The notes under the pieces were generated by a model. The model saw nothing but the letters and a program-made list of their open reading frames with translations, did not search any database and was not told where the DNA came from. Positions 52,042-62,406 of a stretch of DNA of 62,594 bases are shown piece by piece. This stretch comes from Promethearchaeota archaeon Loki_b31 (GTDB taxonomy: Archaea > Asgardarchaeota > Lokiarchaeia > Sigyniarchaeales > SOKP01). Where the stretch lies: NCBI GenBank assembly GCA_005222975.1, contig NJBI01000012.1, forward strand, positions 1 to 62,594, given 5' to 3'. Both the position numbers and the translations under genes were made by a program. How positions within the stretch are numbered: the first letter of the stretch is position 1; each line of letters starts with the position of its first letter.

Positions 52042-52725
52042 CTAAAAATTGTAAAAGTTTCCAGCATCTCTCAAAGAAAAAACTCCAAACCTTTCGGACC
52101 TTTTTCTTTTTAACGTAATCCAACCCAACCTTGTATCTTTAAGAGCTAATTGAGTTTTATATAACGCCATGATGTTGTAAACTTTATCCCGATATTCTAC
52201 CATCCGAATTTTAATTTGTCTTTCCATTGGAGCCTTCATTATGTTATATATCGCGTAGACGTAAAATTCCATATCCTTTAAGTTGAGCTCCATTGCGGCG
52301 GTCTTAGCTATATTGTGAGTTGCTTGATGATCTGAATGGTTATTATTATCGCTCGGCAAAACAATTCTGTCCGCATCTTTTATAATTTCCTTAGAAAGCT
52401 CTATTCCTTTGTCAATTTGATTGATTGCGTCTTGATCGTGAATTTTAAAAAGATGAACATTACTATTGGGAAAACCAAAAGCTTTAGCTACTTCTTCGGC
52501 TTCACTTAACCCTATCTTTCCAATTTCCTCTTCGCTCAGATTAATATAATCTTTCGCTTCTTCTTCTAGCAATTGATCGTGTTCTTTGCCCCATGTAATT
52601 AAAACGCGATTGTCGGTAACATATACTATATGGACATCATGGCCCTCTTCAATCCATTTTAAAATACTTCCACCGCATCCATAAATCTCATCATCGGGGT
52701 GGGGCGCAAATACAACAATTTTCAT
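52042..52725 (-). CDS. PIG-L/LmbE-family deacetylase
   Basis: APHPDDE..GCGG and HSDH. Confidence 0.9.
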   Translation of the reverse strand: MKIVVFAPHPDDEIYGCGGSILKWIEEGHDVHIVYVTDNRVLITWGKEHDQLLEEEAKDYINLSEEEIGKIGLSEAEEVAKAFGFPNSNVHLFKIHDQDAINQIDKGIELSKEIIKDADRIVLPSDNNNHSDHQATHNIAKTAAMELNLKDMEFYVYAIYNIMKAPMERQIKIRMVEYRDKVYNIMALYKTQLALKDTRLGWITLKRKRSERFGVFSLRDAGNFYNF

Positions 52726-53029
52726 CCTTATTATCCCTGAAATTATTTCAATAGTTCTTTATATTTTATATTTTGAACGATATTTAATTTTAATTATTAA
52801 CCACCCTTATTTGTACATGTTGTTGTTTAAAAGAGTTAAGAGCCAAATTGCAATAAATATGTATGGATATAGCATAAATTTCAGTTAATATCTAAAAGAT
52901 ATATCGCTTTATGATTATACCAATTTTTTTATATCTCAAAAAATATTTCCATAAATTTTATTAATTTGTTTGAAGAAATCTATATTATAGTTTAAAGTTT
53001 GAAAGATAATGAGTTATTTTTAAAGAGGT

Positions 53030-53890
53030 TTGATTCTAAAAATGAATGACTTAGTGTTGTTAAGTTTAATAATTGTTATTTTTGTAAGAGTTATAGGATT
53101 AGGAATTTCAATTGATTTTCTAAACGGTACAAAAGCAGAAAAATTTAAATTTCTCACTTTGGGATGGGTTTTTTGGATATTAGGTGCATTAACCCCCATC
53201 TTTTCAAATCTAGTTGAAAACATTTACCTGAAAGAGTTTTTACTTGTTCTTAACGCATTTCTTGCTGCTTTAGGAACAATTTTTATTTTATGGGGGTTTT
53301 TTAAATATTTTATGACGATTTCATTTAAAAAAATAGCATCATTAATTATAATTTTCATTATTAGTACTGTTCTTCTTTTCTTAATCACGGATTATACAGT
53401 AACAATTACCTTCTGTGCTCTGTTTATGAATTTAATATTAATTAGTACTTTTGTAATTCCACCAATAAAGATAAAAAGTTTTAAGAAATTTATGGGAAGA
53501 AGTATTATTTGGTATTATGCTTCAGCTTTAATCTTATCCATATTCTTTCCGGTTTCAATAATAATTGCTTTACAAGGATATAGGTATGGGCTATATAACG
53601 CAGATGATCCCGTACTAATAATGTTCAACTATAATCCTATTATAGCAACAAGTATTTTAATTATTATCTTACTTGTTCATTTAGAATATACTACATCATC
53701 TCGCAAACAATTAGAGTTGAAAGATAACTACTCTCACGATTTAGGAAACATATTGCAAGTGATCTCCAGCGCTTTTGAACTAATCGAAATGAAAGGTAGA
53801 TCTGAAGCAGAAACATCTGAGCTAGGAGAATTATTAAAAGATAAACTAAATGAGGCTGCTAAACAGATTAGAGACATCCGTGAACTATAA
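53030..53890 (+). CDS. 7TM membrane protein ending in a HisKA-like helix pair, with no ATPase domain
   Basis: About seven TM helices, then YSHDLGNILQVI H-box and a stop about 50 aa later. Confidence 0.7.
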   Translation: MILKMNDLVLLSLIIVIFVRVIGLGISIDFLNGTKAEKFKFLTLGWVFWILGALTPIFSNLVENIYLKEFLLVLNAFLAALGTIFILWGFFKYFMTISFKKIASLIIIFIISTVLLFLITDYTVTITFCALFMNLILISTFVIPPIKIKSFKKFMGRSIIWYYASALILSIFFPVSIIIALQGYRYGLYNADDPVLIMFNYNPIIATSILIIILLVHLEYTTSSRKQLELKDNYSHDLGNILQVISSAFELIEMKGRSEAETSELGELLKDKLNEAAKQIRDIREL

Positions 53891-53945
53891 AATCGTTAAT
53901 TCTTTCTTTTTTAGAATTATTAGAATAAACTAAAATTTTAAGTTA

Positions 53946-54506
53946 TTAATATCTTCTTTTTCTATTCCTATTTGCTCGTGATTCTTCATATCTTTCAATG
54001 GCTCTTTCCCGCCAAATTGTATTCCACTTTTTGAATCCAGATTTAACATATTTTTCTCGTTTAAAGAAATCGTAAGAAACCCAATTAAAAAGGACAAAAT
54101 ATCGCTTTGCACCGCTTTTACGAGTCAATTTTTTTGATCGAACCCCTAGATCGTTTCTCAAATGCTCGACTAGCTTATCTTCTACAGCATCTTGTAATTT
54201 TCCTTCAATTATGGTAGCTTCATACTTTATTCCGACATCGTTAAAGTATTCCCTTACTTGATCGAAGATGTTACCACGACATAATAGCACTTTTTCAGTT
54301 TTCTTATCAAATTTTAATTCTTTCAATCCTTCCTTGACCAAATCAACGGTCATCATATAAGGTTCTTTATTTTTCCAATTATCACCCTTGAATAGTTCCA
54401 CGGACAGTGATTTGAATAACATTTCGCCCGTTTCTTGCCTTAAGAAACCAATAAAAGCGTCTCCTACTAAGTCCCCAGTTCCACTATCGTCTATTTCTAT
54501 TGTCAA
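53946..54506 (-). CDS. Archaeal hypothetical protein, RNase H-like fold
   Basis: IEIDDSGTGDLVG N-terminus; CRGNIF; IEGKLQ. Confidence 0.65.
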   Translation of the reverse strand: MTIEIDDSGTGDLVGDAFIGFLRQETGEMLFKSLSVELFKGDNWKNKEPYMMTVDLVKEGLKELKFDKKTEKVLLCRGNIFDQVREYFNDVGIKYEATIIEGKLQDAVEDKLVEHLRNDLGVRSKKLTRKSGAKRYFVLFNWVSYDFFKREKYVKSGFKKWNTIWRERAIERYEESRANRNRKRRY

Positions 54507-54659
54507 TGGCTTTTTTGTGTTAAAAATCTTGTATTCAAAACTTTTTATAAAAATTGCTGATTATATTATGATATTAAGAATAATTTAAAATACCTTTGAA
54601 CGATAAAGGATTGTCTAAATAAATAAAAACAAATCAATCTTGCTAATAATCGAAAAAAA

Positions 54660-55448
54660 ATGGAAGTAGAAATTTTAGTAATTGGAAACGAAATCCTTAT
54701 TGGAAAGACCCAAGATACTAATTCAAATTGGATGGCTAAAAGAATAACAAAATACGGGCATAGGTTAAAAAGAATAACTGCTATAGAAGATAGTATTGAG
54801 GTTATTTCAAATACTTTACAAACTATTTTAAAACGCAAACCAGATATGATAATTACCTCGGGAGGGATTGGGCCTACATTTGACGATATGACTTTAGCGG
54901 GGATAGCAATGGGTTTAAATCGAGAATTAGAGCTAAATGAACACGCTTATAATTCTATAAAGAGGGCATATGAACACGCTTACGAAAGAGGAATTTTGAA
55001 ACTTGGAGGCATGACTAAAGAAAGAGAGAAAATGGCACATCTTCCTCAAGGATCGACACCACTACCAAATATAAGAGGGACCGCACCTGGAGTGAAAATT
55101 AAAGAAGGTGAAACGGCAATTTTCGTACTACCTGGTGTTCCCGCTGAAATGAAAGCGATTTTTCTTAACGTTATCAAACCAATATTAAAAGAAAAAAGGG
55201 GAAAATTCGTAGAAAAGGGTTTTATTTTCTCAGGTATCGGAGAAAGTCAGATTGCTCCTTATGTTACCAAAGTTGAAGAGAAGTATCCTCAGTTATGGAT
55301 TAAAACACACCCAAGGATCGGTCTTGCAATTGAAGTCGAGGTATCAATAACCTGTTTTAATGTTGAAAATGGAGAAGAAATGGCTGAAAAAGCTTTGAAA
55401 GAAATACATGAGGTTATAATAAAATTGAATGGTGAAATTAAGGAATAA
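54660..55448 (+). CDS. cinA: CinA-like molybdopterin-binding-domain protein
   Basis: IGNEILIG..QDTN, SGGIGPTFDDMT, LPGVPAEM, GIGES. Confidence 0.88.
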   Translation: MEVEILVIGNEILIGKTQDTNSNWMAKRITKYGHRLKRITAIEDSIEVISNTLQTILKRKPDMIITSGGIGPTFDDMTLAGIAMGLNRELELNEHAYNSIKRAYEHAYERGILKLGGMTKEREKMAHLPQGSTPLPNIRGTAPGVKIKEGETAIFVLPGVPAEMKAIFLNVIKPILKEKRGKFVEKGFIFSGIGESQIAPYVTKVEEKYPQLWIKTHPRIGLAIEVEVSITCFNVENGEEMAEKALKEIHEVIIKLNGEIKE

Positions 55449-55456
55449 ATTATTTT

Positions 55457-55531
55457 AGATGTCACCTTACGGGTGAAAACTCAATAAGCACTTCACAATC
55501 CAAGTGTTTTTTGCTTATATCAAAGACATCT
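55457..55531 (-). promoter_or_regulatory. SECIS element of the selD at 55532..56560
   Basis: Minus strand: AGAUGUC-UUUGA-U-AUAAGCA-AAAAA-CAC..GUG-AAG-UGCUUAU-U-GA-G-UUUU-CACC-CGUAA-GGUG-ACAUCU, starting right after the TAG. Confidence 0.85.
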
Positions 55532-56560
55532 CTAATACTTGATAATCTCAATATTTTCTACATTATCAGCAATTCTAACTAAGCCTGGTTCAATATTATC
55601 AATTGTACCTACAATCCAATTCTCTATACTATTACTAATAAGAGTATTTGAAAATTCTTCAACCTTTTTAGGATCAATAGCAATCAACATCCCTCCAGCA
55701 GTCTCATGACAGCTACAATCATCAAAAGCGTATCCTAATTCTTCTGAAAGTTCCTTTGAAAATCTTATTGATGGAATGGTTTCAATGATTGCAGATAAGG
55801 TAGAATTCTGCAGCGTTTCTTTTATATGACCACTTAGCCCAAAACCCGTCACATCTGTCATTGCATGAATGAATGAAAAATCTTGATAAGAATGAATAGT
55901 TTTTACTACGTTCTGATTTGGTGTTGTCATTAATTCTATAGCAAAATCAATTGATTTTTGTAGTTCACTTTTTGAATATTGTTCTAACATTTCGGGCATA
56001 TCTTTAAGAGACCTATAAGCGGCCATAATCGCTTGTAGGCCAATTGGCTTAGTTAGAATTAACTTGTCTCCTTCTTTGACTCCTTGTTTTAGAATTATTG
56101 CGTCTTTGTGAACAAAACCCGATGCTTCTCCTCCAATCATTGGCCATTCGCTATATATAGTATGCCCTCCTACTACTTGCGAATTAATTTTTTCTTCCAT
56201 GAAATATTTGATTCCTTTTAATATTCCTTCAGCTACTTCCATTGGAGTATTAGTATTAATCCCTAAGAATACTAACATTCCAGAAATGTGTGGAACATTC
56301 ATCGCAAATATGTCACTGGTTACATTAGACGCAGCAATTTGACCCATAACTTCTGGTTCATCGACAATAGGAGTAAAAACATCAATATTTTTGACCATGA
56401 CTAAATCACTATTTGGGATTGGGATGATTGCAGCATCTTCAATATCTCCTTGTAATCCTGCTCTTGCTAGTAAGTTCTCTAGGCTACTTGAACCAAGCTT
56501 GCAACTTCATCCGTGAATCTTAACCTGTGAAGTAAGTCTATATACTTCCTTTTTCTCCAT
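55532..56560 (-). CDS. selD: Selenophosphate synthetase, selenoprotein (Sec18), 342 aa
   Basis: Extending the tracked ORF gives MEKKEVYRLTSQVKIHG-U-SCKL with TGA at 56509-56507; SD GAGGTGA upstream; EDAA, DVFTP, LTKPIG, TDVTGFGL, ETAGG motifs. Confidence 0.95.
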
Positions 56561-56985
56561 TTTTCACCTCAAATCTTATTTTATTTTAAATTACATTGAC
56601 TAAATATTATATAACAAAGGAATCAAGAATTGTTAATTGAAAAAATCATTCTTATTTATTAATATTGTCGATTCTATTTATCTATTTCTTCGATAAGCAT
56701 TTATTATCAATTTTAAAACAAATGTTACACCTATGTTATAACATCTTTAATAAGACAGTTGGTTTTCAAGGTAACTAAAAACTACTTAAGTAATTTTATT
56801 GTATGCTTATTTTCCGGTTAAAACAAAAAAAGATTGAAGAGTTTTTCAATCAAAATGTAAATTCTTTAGGGTTTTCAAAGCGTTTCTTTAGATGGTACTT
56901 AAAAGAATGGAAACGAAAAAATCTGAGTGAAATTTAAGATTTGGGAAATTAATTATAAATTAAAAATAAAAACAGTAAAGCTTTT

Positions 56986-57056
56986 CGATACCGTCTTGCG
57001 ATGGAACTCTCAATAAGCGCTCACATATAGTGTTTTAGCTTATTTCATTGACATCG
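56986..57056 (-). promoter_or_regulatory. SECIS element of the selD at 57057..58094
   Basis: Minus strand: CGAUGUC-A-AUGA-A-AUAAGC-U-AAAA-CAC-UAUAU-GUG-AGC-GCUUAU-U-GA-G-AGUU-CCAUC-GCAA-GACGG-UAUCG, starting right after the TAA. Confidence 0.88.
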
Positions 57057-58094
57057 TTAAATTTTAGTTATTTCAACATGCTCAACATTTTTCGAAATTT
57101 GAACAAGTCGAGGTTTATTAATGTTATCGATTGTTCCTACAATCCAATTAGACACATGAAATTCATTAGCAAGTCTCTTGGAAAATTCTTCAGCATATTC
57201 GTGATCAACAGAAAGGAGCATGCCCCCGGCGGTCTCAGGCATTTCGCATTCATCGAATTTGTATCCAAAATCGTACGATAGTTCTTTTGCTAGTTTAAAT
57301 ATCGGGACCTTCTTAATATTAGCTGAAAGGTTAGAATCTTGGAGCATCTCCTTTAAATGTCCCGAGAGTCCAAAACCGGAAACATCTGTCATTGAATGTA
57401 CGAAAGATACATCTTGATAAGAATGGATAGTCTTTACAACGTTTTTTAGCGGCATAGTCATAAATTCTATGGCCAAATCGATTGATTTGTCAATTTTAGC
57501 TTTGGAATATGTTTCTAAGAGGTCTGGTCTGTTTTTTTGTAAGCGATATGCAGCCATGATTGCTTGGTTTCCCACGGGTTTAGTCAGTATTAATTTGTCG
57601 CCTTCTTCTACGTAGTTCTTTTTAATCAGTTTGTTCTTATTGATGAATCCTGAAGCTTCACCGCCAATTAAAGGCCATTCTGAATAGATTGTATGCCCTC
57701 CAAGTACTTTCGAGTGTATTTTATTTTCCATGAAATTTCTAATACCTTTCAATATTCCTTCTGCGATGTGCATAGGCATATTTTTTTTCAAGCCAAGAAA
57801 TATAAGCATTCCTGAGATATCTAGAACGTTTAGCGCGAAAACATCGTTAGTTACGTTTGCAGCAGCGATTTCACCCATTATATCTGGTTCGTCGATAATC
57901 GGTGTAAAGATGTCAATGTTTTTTACCAGTACTAAATCGGAGTTTGGTACAGGAATTACCGCAGAATCCTCGATATCTCCTTTCAAGCCAGCGCCAGCCA
58001 ACAATTCGTCTAACTTTTTAGAATCAAGTTTACAGTTTCATCCGAATAATTTTGTCTGCAGTGTCAGTCGATAACTCTCTTCCTCTTGTAGCAT
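57057..58094 (-). CDS. selD: Selenophosphate synthetase paralog, selenoprotein (Sec19), 345 aa
   Basis: Extending the tracked ORF gives MLQEEESYRLTLQTKLFG-U-NCKL with TGA at 58040-58038; EDSA, DIFTP, LTKPVG, TDVSGFGL, ETAGG motifs. Confidence 0.95.
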
Positions 58095-58242
58095 TCTCAC
58101 GATTTTTAAATATATTATAAACCTTATTGATTGTGAATTTAAAAGATTATCTGGTTATATTAATATTTTCGTAATAAATTATTTACTATTTCGATATAAA
58201 AAGGAGATTTTTTTAGTATCTACAAAAAAAACTAATAAATTA

Positions 58243-61152
58243 TTAGGGAAGTAAAAGATCTATCTTCTTAGTTATTCTACGTGTAATGTCGAAAGGGTCT
58301 TTATAATAAATATTAAGGTTTACTTCGTCAACTGTGGGGTCTGTTAAGTTTTTTTCAATATTTCGTTCGATTCTTAAGACATAATTGAACTTAAACACAT
58401 TTCCAGGTTTTAACTCGTTAATATATAGATATTTAGGAAAGCTTTCTTTTCTCAAAAAGGTTAGGTACACAGGAGTTTTAAGAGAAATTTGTAATTCTGT
58501 AAACATTAAATTGGTTGGATTATTCAATTTAAAATTAAAATAAATCATATTTCCGATCGTCTTTATGCTCTTGAAAAAAAGGATATCCTTCGGTTCAATA
58601 ATATCTTCTATCCTTGGCGAATAAAGGCTGTCCTTAATAATTCTCGCATTTAGCTTATTTTTGTTAACGAACTTTACAAGTTTTTCTTTCAATAGATCGA
58701 TATCTAAATCTATAAAAGAGGAAAGACTCTCCAATTTAATAGGAGTCATGACATCGAGATAATATTTTATTTGGTTTAAGATAAGTTTATCGTTACTCTT
58801 TTGTGTAAAGATTTTTAATTTATTGATAAGCATTTCCTTAAACGATACAAATTTTGTAATAGAAGGTCTTATGTATAGGTTAAAAACATCGTTATCTTCA
58901 GTTAGTTTTCCTACAATATTATCTATTTGATTTTCATAATCTTCGATAAAATTTTGAATTTGGTTAGTATTCATTTCTATAAGCTTTCTTGCGTCCGAGA
59001 ATTCACTCCTTTTTAGTAAAATACTTAATTTTGATTCTAAATTAACGAAATTATCGTTAAATCGTTTAAGACCTTCAATTCCTTGTGTGATGACTGATTG
59101 TATATGACCTTGGAATAATATTGAAGATAACATGTTAAGTTTTTGATCTTTAATGTTACCATTAGAGCGTTGAATTTCGAGTACGATTCTATCTTTTATT
59201 AATTTGACTTTTCTATCTAAATCGCTCAAATATTCTTGAAGTTCAATCTTAACAGCAACCCAGTTTCTTAACAAACCCTTAAACATTTCATTAAACTCTA
59301 CATTCTGCACTAAAATTTCACGAATGTCGTCATCAAGTTTGAATAGATAATTTCTAAGTTGTGTAATTTGCTGGAATCTTTCTTCGATTTCGTCATCGTG
59401 AAAATTCTCTAATACCAACTCGTCGTAGCTTTCGGGAAGTTTATAATCCTTCACATAATCATATTGAACTTTTAAAACTTTAATACGGTCTTCTAAAAGT
59501 TTAACTTTTGATTTTAGGCTAATAGTAAATTCTGCTTTCTTTTCTTCAAAAATCTCGGAAATGAATCCTTTGATAATACTGAGTTCATCAATAATGGTAA
59601 CTTTAGTTTCTTCCCAATCCTCTATTAAATTAAACGCTAATCTCTTGTACTCGAATTTGTTTAGTCTCTTATTAAATTTCTTTATTTTTTTTAAAATTTT
59701 GCGGTATATCTTATCTAGTTCTATTTCAGTCTCGTGAAATTTGAATTCTTTTATGTATGAATTCATTTTTTCTCTAAATTGAGCCGGAATTTTTTGGAAT
59801 TCGTGAATTTTTTTATGAAATATTTCTAAATCTTCGTTAACATTTTGAATTGTTTTATCAATTTCTTTAAATTTTGTTTTGGTAATTTTTATCGTATAAA
59901 TAATTTCTTCGTTCACATCTGGATCGCTTTCAGTTTTTAAAACTTTTTCCAGTTCTATAAAAATCCAGACTGCAATTTTTTGACTTTCTAATATAAAGCT
60001 TATATTCCTCAAAAGAATAATGGTTTTTTTTCTTTGGCGCCAATATTTAGATTCTAATTGGTATAAAATTTTTGCAATTTCGTTCTCAATTTCTACTTGA
60101 TACTCTTCATAGAGACGCTTAAAAACGAGAGCAACCGCGTTTCTGACGTTTTCAGAGGGATTTTCAAACTCTTCAAAGATGTAATTAAAAACTTCCATGA
60201 TATTATTTTGACATAAGTGATACAGAGCATTAATGATTACATTTCTAAATTCGGGGTCGCCCGTATATAATGCTGTTTTTAAGTTCGCCCAAATTTGATC
60301 GAAATTGTTCTCCGCAATGTTTACTAAAGAATCGATTACTCTAAGTTGGATACGGTAGTTATTTTCTTTTAAAAGGTTAATCAATTTAGGTATTATTGGA
60401 ATTATTTCTGACGATTTTTCTTTTCCTATTTCTCCGATTAGCCAAATAATAAGCTCTTTTACGCGAGCTTTTTCGTTGTTAAGAAGGTTTAATAGAACAT
60501 ACATAATATTTTCCTTAGATAGAAAATATGTTCCAAGGATTTTCAGAAGTTCTGCGGACGATCTCGCAACATCATCGTCTTCGTCCCTTAAATTAACGAT
60601 TACAATAGAAAGTAACGGCTCTAATTCTCGTATCTTAGTGTAGTCTTGATTTATAATTTTCTTAAGAGTCTTGATAACTTGAAGTTTAACCTCCCAGTCA
60701 TTATCAATCAATTTCTCTGTAAATTCTTCAATAATGTCTCGTAACTTTTCTCTATCAATATGTAAAGAAAGAATTAAATTTCCTATAATCTTTACAGTTA
60801 ATCGCCTAATAGAGGGTTCTTGATCAAAAAGCCGTGACCTTATCTTAATTATTAGTTCAATTAGTAAATTTGGACGATACATTGAAAGTTGATAAAGAAT
60901 TTCCAAAGAAACTAATCTAATCCACGAGTTAATATCATTTATTGTATTTGCTAAGTTTCTTACCGTTCTTAAAGAAATTGCCGGTGACTTATCACAGATT
61001 TTATTTAATAAAGTTAAACTATCGTATAGTAGTTCTTTATTTGAGTTCTCTGGATTTTCAATAATTTCAAAAAGTTCTTCAGCGGCTTTTTCATAACTTC
61101 CGCTTAAAATTAATTCTTCAACTTTTCTTGCGTCTAATGTCAGAATAGTCAA
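58243..61152 (-). CDS. Large HEAT-repeat / coiled-coil protein with beta-rich C-terminal domain
   Basis: About 10 HEAT repeats (L.D.D..VR), a long coiled coil, and a C-terminal beta-sandwich-like segment (FKLNNPT...ELKPG...IYYKDP). Confidence 0.8.
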   Translation of the reverse strand: MTILTLDARKVEELILSGSYEKAAEELFEIIENPENSNKELLYDSLTLLNKICDKSPAISLRTVRNLANTINDINSWIRLVSLEILYQLSMYRPNLLIELIIKIRSRLFDQEPSIRRLTVKIIGNLILSLHIDREKLRDIIEEFTEKLIDNDWEVKLQVIKTLKKIINQDYTKIRELEPLLSIVIVNLRDEDDDVARSSAELLKILGTYFLSKENIMYVLLNLLNNEKARVKELIIWLIGEIGKEKSSEIIPIIPKLINLLKENNYRIQLRVIDSLVNIAENNFDQIWANLKTALYTGDPEFRNVIINALYHLCQNNIMEVFNYIFEEFENPSENVRNAVALVFKRLYEEYQVEIENEIAKILYQLESKYWRQRKKTIILLRNISFILESQKIAVWIFIELEKVLKTESDPDVNEEIIYTIKITKTKFKEIDKTIQNVNEDLEIFHKKIHEFQKIPAQFREKMNSYIKEFKFHETEIELDKIYRKILKKIKKFNKRLNKFEYKRLAFNLIEDWEETKVTIIDELSIIKGFISEIFEEKKAEFTISLKSKVKLLEDRIKVLKVQYDYVKDYKLPESYDELVLENFHDDEIEERFQQITQLRNYLFKLDDDIREILVQNVEFNEMFKGLLRNWVAVKIELQEYLSDLDRKVKLIKDRIVLEIQRSNGNIKDQKLNMLSSILFQGHIQSVITQGIEGLKRFNDNFVNLESKLSILLKRSEFSDARKLIEMNTNQIQNFIEDYENQIDNIVGKLTEDNDVFNLYIRPSITKFVSFKEMLINKLKIFTQKSNDKLILNQIKYYLDVMTPIKLESLSSFIDLDIDLLKEKLVKFVNKNKLNARIIKDSLYSPRIEDIIEPKDILFFKSIKTIGNMIYFNFKLNNPTNLMFTELQISLKTPVYLTFLRKESFPKYLYINELKPGNVFKFNYVLRIERNIEKNLTDPTVDEVNLNIYYKDPFDITRRITKKIDLLLP

Positions 61153-61316
61153 TAGCCTTGTATCTTATAATTCTAATATTGAACTAATTACATTTTTGAT
61201 GTTAATCTTTAAAAATGTTTTTCAACAATAACATAAAATTATATCATTTTAAAATTAATCAGAAAAGAAACAAAAAAAAAATAGTATAATAACTAAAAAA
61301 ATATTGAAATTGATAT

Positions 61317-61865
61317 TTATTCAAATAATTCAATTATCGCAGTACCCGGAGTGGCAATTCTCTTTCGATATGTAAGAATGCCTTCTGCAACATCCTTTGT
61401 TTTGACTAATCCTTTTTCAATATCTTTTTCAGAAATATACCCTCTCTCACCAGCTTCAAATTGCTTTATAATATTACCGTCTTTATCTTTAATATCAACA
61501 TCTGTTATTGTACTTTGCTTAACATCGAAATAAACTCTCTTCCCTTCAATTTTTGTAATGTTAGCTTCAGTGATAAGTAGATCTCCACACCTTACCATAG
61601 ATCTCATTGAAACATCTGTTTCAACGAGTTTTCCATATTTTCCATGCTCCAGAAAATCTTCAAATAATTTTGTAATGAATCCAAAACTAAAGAGCCCATG
61701 AGCTATTACACCTTTAAGTCCCGCCTTCTCAGCTACAACATCGTTTGTGTGTATTGGGTTGGTATCTCCTGATGCTTTCGCATATTTTTTTAACAAATCT
61801 CGGGTAATTCCATTAAATTCATTTTTAATAACTTCTCCAACTTTAACATCTGAAATTTTTACCAT
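61317..61865 (-). CDS. MaoC-family dehydratase
   Basis: YAKASGDTNPIH....A...G..GVIAHG hydratase motif. Confidence 0.9.
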   Translation of the reverse strand: MVKISDVKVGEVIKNEFNGITRDLLKKYAKASGDTNPIHTNDVVAEKAGLKGVIAHGLFSFGFITKLFEDFLEHGKYGKLVETDVSMRSMVRCGDLLITEANITKIEGKRVYFDVKQSTITDVDIKDKDGNIIKQFEAGERGYISEKDIEKGLVKTKDVAEGILTYRKRIATPGTAIIELFE

Positions 61866-61896
61866 TTTTTTTTACCTCCATTTTTTTTCTGCGGCA

Positions 61897-62406
61897 TTAG
61901 TAGCCTCCCGGCCGTACTGCAACTATAACAGTAGGTTTGCAAACTAATTCGCTATTTTGATTTTTTACAGAGACGAACAATTCAGCAAATAATACCATGT
62001 TTTTCTCTACAACCCAAACTTTACCCCATTTAGCAAAAATTTTAAGTTTATCTCCTGGCTTCACATCTACGCATCCTTCCCAGTCATATTTCTGACCCCC
62101 ATGTAATAGTTTTCCTACGTTTAACATAAAAGGTCGTTCTATGCCATCTTGTATCAATTTCATTCCTAAAAGTAATTTATATAATGCCTTGATTGTGAAA
62201 TTGTTAGCAAAAGCGTGACACGCAATTATTCCTTCCTCTTCGGGTCCAACATATTTTGGATCGGTGATACCATATACTTTAGCAAATCCGACTAATGTTT
62301 TATATCTTACATTTACTGTTGCCGATCCTTGAACTTCTTTTCCAGCAAGATTTTTAACCAAGAAATCTGCATTTTTCTTAACTTCTTCTGGTTCCATTGA
62401 CTTCAC
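61897..62406 (-). CDS. MaoC-like hot-dog-fold partner subunit
   Basis: FA...G..DP.Y, LLHGGQ.Y, VKPGD; adjacent to the MaoC gene. Confidence 0.8.
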   Translation of the reverse strand: MKSMEPEEVKKNADFLVKNLAGKEVQGSATVNVRYKTLVGFAKVYGITDPKYVGPEEEGIIACHAFANNFTIKALYKLLLGMKLIQDGIERPFMLNVGKLLHGGQKYDWEGCVDVKPGDKLKIFAKWGKVWVVEKNMVLFAELFVSVKNQNSELVCKPTVIVAVRPGGY

